The notes below the pieces were generated by a model. The model made no database searches and was not told the DNA's origin. It saw nothing but the letters and a program-made list of their open reading frames with translations. A stretch of 64,000 nucleotides of DNA, from assembly GCA_965246715.1 (NCBI GenBank), contig CBDFFH010000047.1, positions 1 to 64,000 of the forward strand. Direction: 5' to 3'. This DNA is from Chamaesiphon sp. (GTDB taxonomy: Bacteria > Cyanobacteriota > Cyanobacteriia > Cyanobacteriales > Chamaesiphonaceae). Made by a program: the position numbers and the translations under genes. Shown in pieces: positions 17,332-30,738 of this stretch (position 1 is its first letter; each line of letters starts with the position of its first letter).

Positions 17332-17895
17332 ATGATGAATATACAAGCGATCGTCGAACACGCTCTGGATGAAGGCTATCTTACCCCCACGATGGAAGCG
17401 GAGGTAGGACGGATTTGTGATAGTGCAGCAGAGCTATCTGTAGAGGAGTATATGGCACTCGATCATCTGATGGGTGCGCTATTAGCGGGAGAAGTGGTGA
17501 CAGTTCCCCGCAAACAGTTTATCAACGTGATGGAAGAACTGGTACTCACCGAAACGATCGCTCAAATTACTGCAGTTGAAGTTAATAACGATGTGCAGCT
17601 GGATGTTGGCGATATCGCGGCATATGCTCTCAATAGGTTACCACCGCTGTATGCTACGACCGAAGAAGGTGCTAGCTATCAACGCGAAAGAGCAAAAAAA
17701 GAACTCCAAGATCTGATTACCAAACAGGTAGAATCGGCAATTGCCCAGAATCTCGATCGTCCCGAATTTTTCCCCGAACGTCAAGCAATCGCCAAACCAG
17801 CCGGAACTGAAGTCGTCACGCAAGTTACCGCACTGCTCCAAACTTATGCACCTCAATTTGAGTCACAACACCATCCAGTAGGAGTTAAAAATTAG
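17332..17895 (+). CDS. ComFB-domain protein (CdgR-like c-di-GMP receptor family)
   Basis: NVMEELV; DIAAYALNRLPPLYAT. Confidence 0.85.
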   Translation: MMNIQAIVEHALDEGYLTPTMEAEVGRICDSAAELSVEEYMALDHLMGALLAGEVVTVPRKQFINVMEELVLTETIAQITAVEVNNDVQLDVGDIAAYALNRLPPLYATTEEGASYQRERAKKELQDLITKQVESAIAQNLDRPEFFPERQAIAKPAGTEVVTQVTALLQTYAPQFESQHHPVGVKN

Positions 17896-17905
17896 AGCAG
17901 ATTTG

Positions 17906-18691
17906 ATGAAATGTCCCAATTGTCAATCGACGAAAACTCGCAAGCATGGCTTTTATCGAGGCAAACAACGCTATCAATGTAAAGATTGCGCTCGTCAGTT
18001 TGTCGAAAATCAAAGTCCGCATCTTCAGCAGCAGAGTAGTACGGGTGTAGAGGACAGAATTCAGGAGTATATTCGATCGATCTCTACTCCCGCTGTAGAC
18101 CTGTTGCTCGATTTACAACGAGATATCGCCGATCTGCCCCTCGCACAGATGCAGCCTTCGTTAGCACAAGCGCAGCAGATCGCTTTATCAGTTCGATCGA
18201 TCGGGGCTAGTAGGATCTTAGAAGTCGGTATTTTTAGCGGTTATACGACGGTGGCGATGGCGCTGGAGTTGCCGCAACAAGGCCAGATCGTCACCTGCGG
18301 TGTTGCTGGCGCACATGTGGATGTTGCCCGTGGATATTGGGATCGTGCGGGGGTAGCCGAGAAGATCGATCTCCAAATTTGCAGTGGATTAGAATTACTA
18401 GATCGATTATTGGCTAGTCAACCACTAGCGACCTTTGATGCGATCGTCATTTGTGGACTCAAACATCAATACCCGACATATTATCAACGCGCGATCGAGT
18501 TGTTGCGCCCTCAAGGATTGCTATTGGCCACAGATGTCTTGTGGCAAGGCCGCGTGCTCAATCCCAATGCTTATAATGATGAGTTTACATCCGGCATCGA
18601 TCTCTTTAACCGCGAATTAGCTGCCGATAATCGAGTTAGAGTCAGTGTTTTACCGATCGGCGACGGTTTATCGATCGCCCTAAAACTGTAG
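17906..18691 (+). CDS. InsA-like Zn ribbon fused to a caffeoyl-CoA-type O-methyltransferase domain
   Basis: CPNC...KQRYQCKDC, then ILEVGIFSGYT and LPIGDGL. Confidence 0.8.
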   Translation: MKCPNCQSTKTRKHGFYRGKQRYQCKDCARQFVENQSPHLQQQSSTGVEDRIQEYIRSISTPAVDLLLDLQRDIADLPLAQMQPSLAQAQQIALSVRSIGASRILEVGIFSGYTTVAMALELPQQGQIVTCGVAGAHVDVARGYWDRAGVAEKIDLQICSGLELLDRLLASQPLATFDAIVICGLKHQYPTYYQRAIELLRPQGLLLATDVLWQGRVLNPNAYNDEFTSGIDLFNRELAADNRVRVSVLPIGDGLSIALKL

Positions 18692-18871
18692 AAGTCGCTC
18701 GAATTAACCCCACTCGAAACTAATATCGCCACTGCAGCGTCATTCCAGATAACGTATCGGAAATATTCAGAGCATGAGATGTTTGCTGGCTGTGGTTGCT
18801 CGATTTTTAGACGTAGCGAAAGACCCAAACAGCAATTATGGTAACTCGATCGAACACTGGAGTAGATATTG

Positions 18872-20044
18872 ATGTCGCAAGAACGGATCTATTGGTTGGC
18901 TTGGTCGCAAGTGTATGGTGTCGGGCCAATTTTAATCGATCGATTGGCGCAACACTTCGATAGTCTGGCTGCTGCTTGGACTGCCGATCGTCAAGAATTA
19001 CTCGCGATCGAAGGATTAGGCGTACAATCGGTTGAAAAACTGGTTAGCTCCCGCGCCAAAATCGAGCCGGAGGCACTATTCGATCGACATCTCGCTGACA
19101 ATCCGCTGTGGTGGACGCGCATCGATCCCGATTACCCCCGTTTATTGCGCGAAATTCCCTCAGCTCCAGCGGTTTTATACTATCGTGGGCAACCAGTTTT
19201 GGCTGAAAATCGCGGTGAAATTCCTGCGATCGCGATCGTCGGTACGCGTAGTCCGACAGAGTATGGCAAACGCTGGGCGAGAAAAATTAGCACCCTACTT
19301 GCGAGCAAAGGGTTTATAATCGTCTCAGGGATGGCACTGGGTGTAGATACTGAAGCTCATCGTGCTTGTCTGGAGGCTGGGGGAAGGACTATTGCAGTAG
19401 TTGGTACGGGAGTCAATATCGTCTACCCACCCCGCAATGATACCCTCGCCGCAGATATTCACCAGCATGGCTTAATGGTCAGCGAATATGTAGCCAACAC
19501 ATCACCCGATCGCACCCATTTCCCCGCCCGCAATCGAATTATTGCTGGCTTGAGCCGCGTTACCATCGTCATTGAAGCGCCGATTAAATCTGGTGCTCTG
19601 ATTACGGCTCATCAAGCTAATGACTACGGACGCGATGTCTACGTCCTGCCAGGGTCAATCGATAATCCCAATGCGATCGGCTGTTTAGGACTACTCAGTC
19701 GTGGCGCACAGCCCATTTTCAGTCTAGATCATCTCCTCGAACTACTCGCTACTATCCCCCAACTGGATCGTTCTCAACAATTACAACTCTTTGCTCCACC
19801 AGTGCCAAGTGCCGCCGTGAAGCAAACACCTCAGTCCATGCTGGAAAAGGCTGTGCTTTCACCGCCACCGGATCTCGAGCCAGACCTTCACAAAGTCTGG
19901 CTAACGGTGACTGATGAGCTATGTAATTTTGATGCGATCGTCATCCGATCGCAGCTACCAGTTGCAACTGTCTCTGGCGCTCTACTTCAATTAGAGCTAC
20001 TGGGGTTGGTTACCCAGTTACCAGGGATGAGATACCAACGTTAA
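18872..20044 (+). CDS. dprA: DNA-processing protein DprA
   Basis: IVGTR; IVSGMALGVD; FPARNRII; SGALITA; C-terminal LLQLEL.GLV..LPG. Confidence 0.97.
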   Translation: MSQERIYWLAWSQVYGVGPILIDRLAQHFDSLAAAWTADRQELLAIEGLGVQSVEKLVSSRAKIEPEALFDRHLADNPLWWTRIDPDYPRLLREIPSAPAVLYYRGQPVLAENRGEIPAIAIVGTRSPTEYGKRWARKISTLLASKGFIIVSGMALGVDTEAHRACLEAGGRTIAVVGTGVNIVYPPRNDTLAADIHQHGLMVSEYVANTSPDRTHFPARNRIIAGLSRVTIVIEAPIKSGALITAHQANDYGRDVYVLPGSIDNPNAIGCLGLLSRGAQPIFSLDHLLELLATIPQLDRSQQLQLFAPPVPSAAVKQTPQSMLEKAVLSPPPDLEPDLHKVWLTVTDELCNFDAIVIRSQLPVATVSGALLQLELLGLVTQLPGMRYQR

Positions 20045-20188
20045 GATTTACCCACTTCGATAGATATACAATTCGATAGTTTGGTTGTTAGCTTATTGCT
20101 TTATACCCAACCTCGTAATTTTTTAGAGCGGAGATAAGTCGCTCGCTATGTAGTTCAGAATCAAGTTCTATTAGGTGCAAATAGATTT

Positions 20189-21223
20189 ATGAATATTTTA
20201 CTCACGAGTGTTGGTAGAAGAGTTGCATTACTGAAAGAATTTCGGCAATCGATGCGGCAATCGAATATCACTGGGAAGATCGTCGCTACCGATCTCAAAA
20301 CCACTGCACCAGCAGCCTTTCTCGCTGATGCCTCCGAACTCGTCCCCCGCATCGACGATCCACACTATATCGATAGTTTGCTCGATATCTGCAGTCGATA
20401 TAAAATAAATTTGTTGATTCCGCTGATCGATACCGAACTTTTACTTCTATCACAACATCGTCAAAAATTTAGCGATCTTGGGGTCAAGCTATTAGTATCA
20501 TCAACCGCTACCAATGAAATATGTTTTGACAAACAGAAAACAAGTGAATTCTTTGAGGCAATCGGTGTCAAAACACCCAAGCTATATGAATTAGCTGAAG
20601 TTGAAGATCGTAATTTTCCATTGATAGTTAAACCAGCCAATGGTAGCTCTAGTGTTGGTGTTCATCGGGTTGCAAATCGTCAAGAATTAGAATTTTTTAG
20701 CAGCTATATCGAAAATGCGATCGTTCAAGATCTAATTATTGGTAACGAGTATACGATTGATGTCTTACTCGACTTTGAAGGTAAGGCAATCTCGATCGTC
20801 CCCAGGTTAAGAATGGAAACTAGAGCGGGGGAAGTCAGCAAAGGAACGACTGTCAAAAATCCCGCATTGATTGCTGCGGCAAAACAAGTTGCGGAATCAT
20901 TGCCAGGTGCGATCGGCTGTATTACTATCCAATGCTTTTTACAGTCAAACGGTGATATTTTCTTTATCGAAATTAATCCGAGATTTGGCGGTGGCTATCC
21001 ATTAGCCTATCAAGCAGGAGCAGATTTTCCGAGTTGGATCGTGCAGTTATTCAATGGCGAACGTCCGCAGATTGCGATCGATGAGTGGGAAGACAACTTA
21101 GTGATGCTGCGCTATGATGATGCGATCTTCGTCAAAAATAATGAGATTCAATCTAGTAATTTCGACCTCCAACGTTGGGATATTAAAGCGAAACCGGAAC
21201 GTGCTGTCGTCCGCAAAAAATAA
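20189..21223 (+). CDS. ATP-grasp protein (carbamoyl-phosphate-synthase-like, polysaccharide-associated)
   Basis: MNILLTSVGRR; KPANGSSS; EINPRFGGG. Confidence 0.85.
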   Translation: MNILLTSVGRRVALLKEFRQSMRQSNITGKIVATDLKTTAPAAFLADASELVPRIDDPHYIDSLLDICSRYKINLLIPLIDTELLLLSQHRQKFSDLGVKLLVSSTATNEICFDKQKTSEFFEAIGVKTPKLYELAEVEDRNFPLIVKPANGSSSVGVHRVANRQELEFFSSYIENAIVQDLIIGNEYTIDVLLDFEGKAISIVPRLRMETRAGEVSKGTTVKNPALIAAAKQVAESLPGAIGCITIQCFLQSNGDIFFIEINPRFGGGYPLAYQAGADFPSWIVQLFNGERPQIAIDEWEDNLVMLRYDDAIFVKNNEIQSSNFDLQRWDIKAKPERAVVRKK

Positions 21224-21356
21224 TAGCTATGCAAATGTATTCGCATAATATTCGACGATAGTATTGAAATTCTTGTTCGCTTTCGAGCCAACATTTTTGG
21301 AAGGATTCGCTCGATCTTACTGTTACATGCTGATATTAATTTTCTAATAAAAACTT

Positions 21357-22043
21357 ATGCCTAAAATCAAGGCGCTCGTCTTCGATTTAGATGATACACT
21401 CTATTCAGAGAGAGATTTTGTGCTGAGTGGGTTTCGGGCAGTTGCCGATTGGTCGGCAGAAAATTTAGGCATCGAAGCAGAGCGGGGATACGCAACATTA
21501 TTCGACTTGTATCGTCAGGGAGTCAGATATGATACTTTCGATCGCTGGTTGACTATTCATAACCTCGATCGACCCGAACTAACTACTAAGTTTGTCGATG
21601 TTTATCGTCAGCATCTCCCTCAGATCGCTCCATTTCCCGAGACGATCGATCTACTCAAATCTCTAATTGGATTTTATAAAATCGGTCTGGTAAGTGATGG
21701 TTATTTAGCAGTTCAGCAAGGTAAATGGACAGCATTAGGATTAGATGATTTTTTTGATGCAGTAGTTTTCTCCGATTTATTGGGAAGAGCAAACTGGAAA
21801 CCGAGTACGGCTCCATTCGAGCTAGTTTTGGAAAAGTTAGGAATAGAGCCAGAATTTAGCGTGTATATCGGTGACAACCCACGCAAAGATTTTTATGGTG
21901 CTCGTCAGCTAGGAATGCAGACGATTCAGGTGAGGCGAACCGATTCTGAATACGGTCATTTGACCCCGCCAGGGCTAGATTATCACCCACATTTGACGAT
22001 CGCGTCGATTTCTGAAGTAATTGCCGCACTCGATCGATTATAA
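21357..22043 (+). CDS. HAD-superfamily hydrolase
   Basis: FDLDDTLY; KP; YIGDNPRKD. Confidence 0.9.
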   Translation: MPKIKALVFDLDDTLYSERDFVLSGFRAVADWSAENLGIEAERGYATLFDLYRQGVRYDTFDRWLTIHNLDRPELTTKFVDVYRQHLPQIAPFPETIDLLKSLIGFYKIGLVSDGYLAVQQGKWTALGLDDFFDAVVFSDLLGRANWKPSTAPFELVLEKLGIEPEFSVYIGDNPRKDFYGARQLGMQTIQVRRTDSEYGHLTPPGLDYHPHLTIASISEVIAALDRL

Positions 22044-22078
22044 ATGATGCCCCGATCCGCTGGTTATTAGTGCTCCAG

Positions 22079-22855
22079 TTACAACTGATTCATCATTTTA
22101 TGCGTCTGTGGAACGACCCGAACGTGCGGTAGATACTCCTTCATTACAGCTTGCCACGCTAAGACGCGATCGGGTGTCGGTGCAGTTAGCGCGGCATTGG
22201 TATGCGGTTGCGCCAGTGCCGTCATCGGTTGTAAAAATATAACGCTCTGGTTATCGATATCGGCAACCAAGCGCGCTGCTTGTTGGAGTTCTGTCGGCGC
22301 GGTTGTTTGCGAAATAATAATTTTCACAAATACCTCCACCCCCGCAGCATGACACATGTGTAGAAATTCTCGATGTTGTTCCCAATGAGTTTCACCACTC
22401 ACGCTCGGTAACTTGATATCCATTCCCACCAGATCTAGATAGGGTAATACTGTTGCCAATTGTTGGGGGCGATGTCCGCCAGTTTCGAGATAAATCGGTA
22501 GGCGGGTTAATTCCTTTACTTGGGGCAAAAATTGGGCTAAAAATGGTGCATGCAGTAACGGTTCGCCACCAGTAATGCTGATACTATCGTGGAGATGCGG
22601 TAGATTTTGGCGATCGACCCAAGCAAGTAATTGTGGTAGCTCGATCGGGTTATCATAAGTCTGAAAATCTCGTTGCCCTGGGGTCTGCTCGATTTCACAA
22701 GTTGGTTGTTTTTGCCATGTATGCTGACTATCGCAGTAGTGACAGCGCAAGTCGCAGCCGCCAAACCGCACAAAGATCTGTCGCGTCCCGACATTAATCC
22801 CCTCACCTTGAATCGCCGAGAAAATTTCAATTAAGTTTGCTGTGAGTTGGGTCAT
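22079..22855 (-). CDS. queE: 7-carboxy-7-deazaguanine synthase (radical SAM)
   Basis: EIFSAIQGEG; CDLRCHYCDS; TGGEP; PQTHK. Confidence 0.92.
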   Translation of the reverse strand: MTQLTANLIEIFSAIQGEGINVGTRQIFVRFGGCDLRCHYCDSQHTWQKQPTCEIEQTPGQRDFQTYDNPIELPQLLAWVDRQNLPHLHDSISITGGEPLLHAPFLAQFLPQVKELTRLPIYLETGGHRPQQLATVLPYLDLVGMDIKLPSVSGETHWEQHREFLHMCHAAGVEVFVKIIISQTTAPTELQQAARLVADIDNQSVIFLQPMTALAQPHTNAALTAPTPDRVLAWQAVMKEYLPHVRVVPQTHKMMNQL

Positions 22856-23011
22856 AAGAACTTGGGTGAGTGCCCAGCGGCGGACTATTTATATTATCGC
22901 AAGATCGAGCGAACTCACCCCGATGTCTCCAGATTGTCGATTGATGGTAACTTGTCGATCGTTAGCTTCAGGGTACCCAAAATTTTACCCCGTCACGGAA
23001 GGAGCCTAATT

Positions 23012-23419
23012 AACGTCAGTTCGGGTTAAGGATTACCGATTAATGATTCCTGCCCTCGTTTCGGAACTGTCCCCAACAGATCGACCCCAACCCACAGATC
23101 GATTCCCATTGCGAAGCTAATGCGAAGCGCTAATCGCTGCCAACAAACCAACCCTTGTGCAGCGACTCGCGCTCGTCGGGTTTCCCGACGGTTTAGCGAG
23201 TCAAGACAGGGGAGTTTGAGGGGCGGCACCCCGCTGTCTTGACCCAAACGCACGCTGTAGGCGAGCGAAGCGAGACGTGTCGCCAGACGGAGACCTCAGC
23301 GCGATTTGGGTCGCTCCTCAACGGGGGGTCTGGGGGTACCGACCCCCAGATTCGGGTTTTTGCGTCTCACAATAACATTTGCACTTCTCACCGATCGATT
23401 CTTATCCCGAACTGACGTT
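23012..23419. mobile_element. MITE, 408 bp, with 19-bp TIRs and AATT target duplication
   Basis: AACGTCAGTTCGGGTTAAG ... CTTATCCCGAACTGACGTT (1 mismatch). AATT at 23008-23011 and 23420-23423. Confidence 0.85.
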
Positions 23420-23421
23420 AA

Positions 23422-24897
23422 TTAACTCAACACCCAGTTAACTAGAGTTCTGACTGGATGACCAGTCGCGCCGGAATTATTTACACCATGTTCCTTATCG
23501 CTCCAAACTGGCCCAGCTACATCTAAATGCGCCCAGGGCGTGTCTTTAACGAACTGTTTGAGGAATAGAGCCGCCGTAATCGAACCACCGCCACGCGGGC
23601 CAGTATTCTTGAGATCGGCGATCGGTGATTTAATGCCATCGAAATACTTTTCGGCGAGCGGCATCTGCCAGAAATTTTCGCCCGCTAACTCTGCCGCTGC
23701 CAAAATACTATCGGCGAGCGACTGTTCGGGACTCCATAACCCTGAAATATCATCTCCCAAGGCAACAATACATGCGCCTGTAAGGGTAGCCAGATCGACG
23801 ATCGCATCGACACCCAGTTTGTCAGTATAAACTAACGCATCTGCCAGCGTTAACCGCCCTTCGGCATCGGTATTGTTGATTTCGATCGTTTTGCCATTCG
23901 AGGCGGTCAAGATATCCCCAGGGTGCATTGCACGTCCGCTAATCATGTTTTCGGTCACTGCACTAATAAAGTGGACTTCAACATCTGGCTTGAGTTGTCC
24001 GATCGCTTTTGCCGCGCCAAAGGTAGCCGCTGCACCACCCATGTCCATCTTCATCGTTTCGATGCCACTCCCCGCACCTTTGATGTTCAAGCCACCCGAA
24101 TCGAAAGTCAAGCCTTTACCGACGATCGCGAGTTTGCGGCGAGGTGTGCCCGTTGGGGTATAAGTCAGATGGATAAATTTCGGGGGCATTTCCGAAGCTT
24201 GCGCTACCCCCAGAAATGCCCCCATACCCAAGGCTTCACACTCAGCCTGTTCGAGAATCTTCAGCGTCAACCCATAATCTTTAGCAAGTTCTTCAGCGGT
24301 TGCTGCCATACTCATTGGGGTCACGATATTCGCCGGTGCGGCGACTAATTCCCGTGCCAAAATTACCCCCTCACAAATCGCTCGTGCTTTAGCAATAGCA
24401 GCATCGTTTCCCGCTGAGTTTAACAGCTGGACTTCAGTGAGTAAGAGCTTATTCTTATCTTCTACTTCCGACTTGAAGCGATTATCTTGATGGAGCGCTA
24501 GCAGGATTCCTTCAGCGATTACTTGAGTGGTTGTCGCCGCATCACTATTCCAGCTCGGAAGACTAATGCCTAATGTTACAGCTTTCTCGCGTTTTGCTGT
24601 ACGCCCGATCGTCGCACCAGCTTTGCGGAGAGTATCGAGCTTAGCTCCATCAGCTTTACCCAAGCCTACCAGCATAATTTTCTTAACGGGAGTATTTACC
24701 CCAACGCGAGTCACCGCACTGCTGGACTTAGCTCCTTTAAATTCAGTTTCGGCGATCAGTGCAGCAATGACACCTCCTAGCTTGGTATTTAGTTCCCCAA
24801 GATCGCCACTGAGTTCGACAGCATCTTCATAAAAACCAATTGCCAGAAGATCTCCAGTCCAATCCAGACGCGGGGTCGCGATCGCTTTGATATCCAT
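23422..24897 (-). CDS. pepA: Leucyl aminopeptidase (M17)
   Basis: [29 protein letters not shown] 24897. Confidence 0.97.
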   Translation of the reverse strand: MDIKAIATPRLDWTGDLLAIGFYEDAVELSGDLGELNTKLGGVIAALIAETEFKGAKSSSAVTRVGVNTPVKKIMLVGLGKADGAKLDTLRKAGATIGRTAKREKAVTLGISLPSWNSDAATTTQVIAEGILLALHQDNRFKSEVEDKNKLLLTEVQLLNSAGNDAAIAKARAICEGVILARELVAAPANIVTPMSMAATAEELAKDYGLTLKILEQAECEALGMGAFLGVAQASEMPPKFIHLTYTPTGTPRRKLAIVGKGLTFDSGGLNIKGAGSGIETMKMDMGGAAATFGAAKAIGQLKPDVEVHFISAVTENMISGRAMHPGDILTASNGKTIEINNTDAEGRLTLADALVYTDKLGVDAIVDLATLTGACIVALGDDISGLWSPEQSLADSILAAAELAGENFWQMPLAEKYFDGIKSPIADLKNTGPRGGGSITAALFLKQFVKDTPWAHLDVAGPVWSDKEHGVNNSGATGHPVRTLVNWVLS

Positions 24898-25002
24898 ATT
24901 TACGCTATGTATCGATTTTTTCAATAGTTCCTTACTAAGTATGGATCGTTTTTTCGATGAATTAGAATGATAATGTTGCCCAAAGCAGACGGAGCCAACC
25001 GC

Positions 25003-25590
25003 ATGAACGCTCTTAACGAACCACTCTCGATCGATCTCAGTACGCTCCATCTCACTGACGACCAATTTTATCAACTTTGTATTACTAATCCCGATCTACC
25101 ATTAGAACGCACCAAAGAAGGAGTCTTAATCGTTATGCCCCCAGTCGGCGGAGATAGTGGCAATCGCGAAATGGAATTAGGCGGAGATCTTTTGATTTGG
25201 AATCGTAGAACGAGATTAGGTAAAGTCTTTAGTTCCTCGACAATATTTAAGCTCCCTGGTGGAGGAGATCGTTCGCCCGATGCTGCTTGGATCGAACTTT
25301 CTCGCTGGGAAGCACTTACTCCAGAACAACGCGCTAAATTTCCACCGATCGCCCCCGATTTCATTCTAGAATTACGTTCGCGCACCGATAGCCTGCTGTT
25401 ACTCCAAGCGAAGATGCGGGAGTACATCAACTGTGGCGTGCGACTGGGTTGGTTAATCGATCCCAAAAGTCAAAGGGTGGAAATCTATCGTGCTGGTGGA
25501 GATGTTGAAACTCGCATTTTACCTACAGTTTTGTCTGGGGAAGATGTCTTGCCCAATTTTGAATTAGCGATCGACCCATTCACCGATTAG
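25003..25590 (+). CDS. Uma2 family endonuclease-like protein
   Basis: [33 protein letters not shown]. Confidence 0.92.
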   Translation: MNALNEPLSIDLSTLHLTDDQFYQLCITNPDLPLERTKEGVLIVMPPVGGDSGNREMELGGDLLIWNRRTRLGKVFSSSTIFKLPGGGDRSPDAAWIELSRWEALTPEQRAKFPPIAPDFILELRSRTDSLLLLQAKMREYINCGVRLGWLIDPKSQRVEIYRAGGDVETRILPTVLSGEDVLPNFELAIDPFTD

Positions 25591-25666
25591 ATTTAGTAGT
25601 TAAAGTAACAGTATTCGCTCGCCGCTCGGTCACATCATTAACTCTATCGCTAGCAAACAGGTTGTG

Positions 25667-26050
25667 ATGAATACGCCTAGAATCTTCAATAGTTCCAAGT
25701 TTTTTCAGCCGACTGAGACTGGCGAACCCCTCCGATCGGTCATTACCGAATCTCCAGATGCTACAGTGGTGGCGTGGTATATCCAACCAGGGCAAGAAAT
25801 TGCGGCACACATACATCCCCACGGGCAAGATACCTGGACGATTTTATCTGGCACTGGCGAATATTATCTCGAGCGATCGGGCGCTACAACATCGATCGTG
25901 GCTGGTGATGTGGTTATCGCCCCAACTGGATGCGTTCACGGAGTTTTCAATCACAGCGATGAAGCATTAGTATTTATTTCTGTGGTATCGCCTGCTGATG
26001 CTGGGTATGAGCGACTATCGATATCGGATCGAGCTAGCGAGTTAGTTTAA
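25667..26050 (+). CDS. Cupin domain protein
   Basis: HIHPHGQD and PTGCVHG cupin motifs. Confidence 0.85.
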   Translation: MNTPRIFNSSKFFQPTETGEPLRSVITESPDATVVAWYIQPGQEIAAHIHPHGQDTWTILSGTGEYYLERSGATTSIVAGDVVIAPTGCVHGVFNHSDEALVFISVVSPADAGYERLSISDRASELV

Positions 26051-26641
26051 ATCCAGTTAATATTTAATTTTAAGGATCGACTCCGTTGCTCAGGATTGTC
26101 GAGCGCTCGCCGTCAGAGATTGCTGACCGATCCGAATTTCGGTGTCGGGATCGAGGCAAAGCTATCGCTCGATCGAACGCTTCTTTGCTGGGAGCCAATT
26201 TTTAGCGACCCAGTTCGCTCTAGCGTGATACGGAAGAGCGGTAGCACCACAGTCCTTGTAACAAAAATTATCTTTTTTCTAATATTTGCCCCGTAGTCCT
26301 CTACGATCTGTATTCAGAATCATGTAAATTCCATTTCTACATACTTCTTCATAAACAAGCTATAGACCAACGAAACGTTTTAATCTAAAAGCTGTCCTGG
26401 TTTTACTAGCGGCAATTTTCATCTCACGGCAAGAACGAGACTAGACATCTCGATCGACCCGATTATTTAAACTTCGATCGAGTCAGTGGTGAGTTATCGC
26501 GGCACCAACGGCAATTAAATTTGGCTAAAAATCCTAGGATTAGCAGTCGATCCCCGTTGTTGCTCCCTCACGAGTAGGCTTAATGTCTATACATACTCGA
26601 CTAGGCTTAACACAGTAAAATATTTCGGTTGGGAGATTTAA

Positions 26642-30013
<3,372 letters not shown>

Positions 30014-30040
30014 ATTAGCGAGTTCGCTAATATTTAATCA

Positions 30041-30080
30041 AAAGGGATAGGATCGATTCATTTCTTTCCTATCCTTTTTT
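30041..30080 (+). terminator. Rho-independent terminator of apcE
   Basis: GGATAGGA...TCCTATCC stem followed by a T run. Confidence 0.7.
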
Positions 30081-30134
30081 GGATCTTTACTAGTAGTGTA
30101 GATCCAGCAAAGATCCAGCCAAAGTTTAAAATTT

Positions 30135-30473
30135 ATGAGTTTTACGGAAATCACTGTTACCGAACTAGCAGCAAAATTAGCCGATCTCGATAATCCCTGT
30201 CAATTTGTCGATGTGCGCGAACCGCAGGAGTTGGCAACAGTTCAATTACCGCGATTTATTAACTTGCCACTACAGGAATACGCTGACTGGTCGCCGGAAA
30301 TATATACCCGCTTGGATAAAGATGTCGAAACGATCGTATTGTGTCATCATGGGATGCGATCTGCCCAAATGTGTCAATGGCTAATCGCCCAAGGTTTTAC
30401 CCACGTCAGCAATGTCATCGGTGGGATCGATGCTTATAGTAATCGGGTGGATCGCAGCCTCACACAATACTAA
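30135..30473 (+). CDS. Rhodanese-like protein
   Basis: VDVREPQE; CHHGMRS; GGIDAY. Confidence 0.9.
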   Translation: MSFTEITVTELAAKLADLDNPCQFVDVREPQELATVQLPRFINLPLQEYADWSPEIYTRLDKDVETIVLCHHGMRSAQMCQWLIAQGFTHVSNVIGGIDAYSNRVDRSLTQY

Positions 30474-30738
30474 CCGACGACCGATCGGCAAGATCGCAGA
30501 TGTCAAACCATTCGCTATAATGTTAAAACTAGATATCAGCTTCGACCTGGAGATGATGACCGATCGATCAGATTTTGTCTGAGTTAAATTTTAACAGTAT
30601 TGAATGGTGTCGATCGGAAACAATTGTTGATAGCTACTCACACGATCGTAACTAATTTTACGAAGCTAAATCTCAAAGTTCAAATACTTCAAATCGATCG
30701 ATTTCTACCCCTGTTTCCATCACCCCTGCTGTAAGTTT

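Noticed and set aside
22856..23011. preQ1 riboswitch upstream of queE
   Set aside because: No recognisable stem-loop plus A-rich tail consensus.
23026..23253. ORF inside the MITE as a transposase
   Set aside because: Short, with no transposase motifs.
24898..25074. N-terminal extension of pepA in the ORF track
   Set aside because: It overlaps the Uma2 gene on the opposite strand; homology starts at MDIKAI (24897).
26449..26482. Inverted repeat upstream of apcE as an ncRNA
   Set aside because: The arms are just CGATCG-type palindromes, which are abundant everywhere in this window.
30648..30661. NtcA box GTA-N8-TAC upstream of hrcA
   Set aside because: No TAN3T at the canonical distance, and this short pattern is expected many times by chance.
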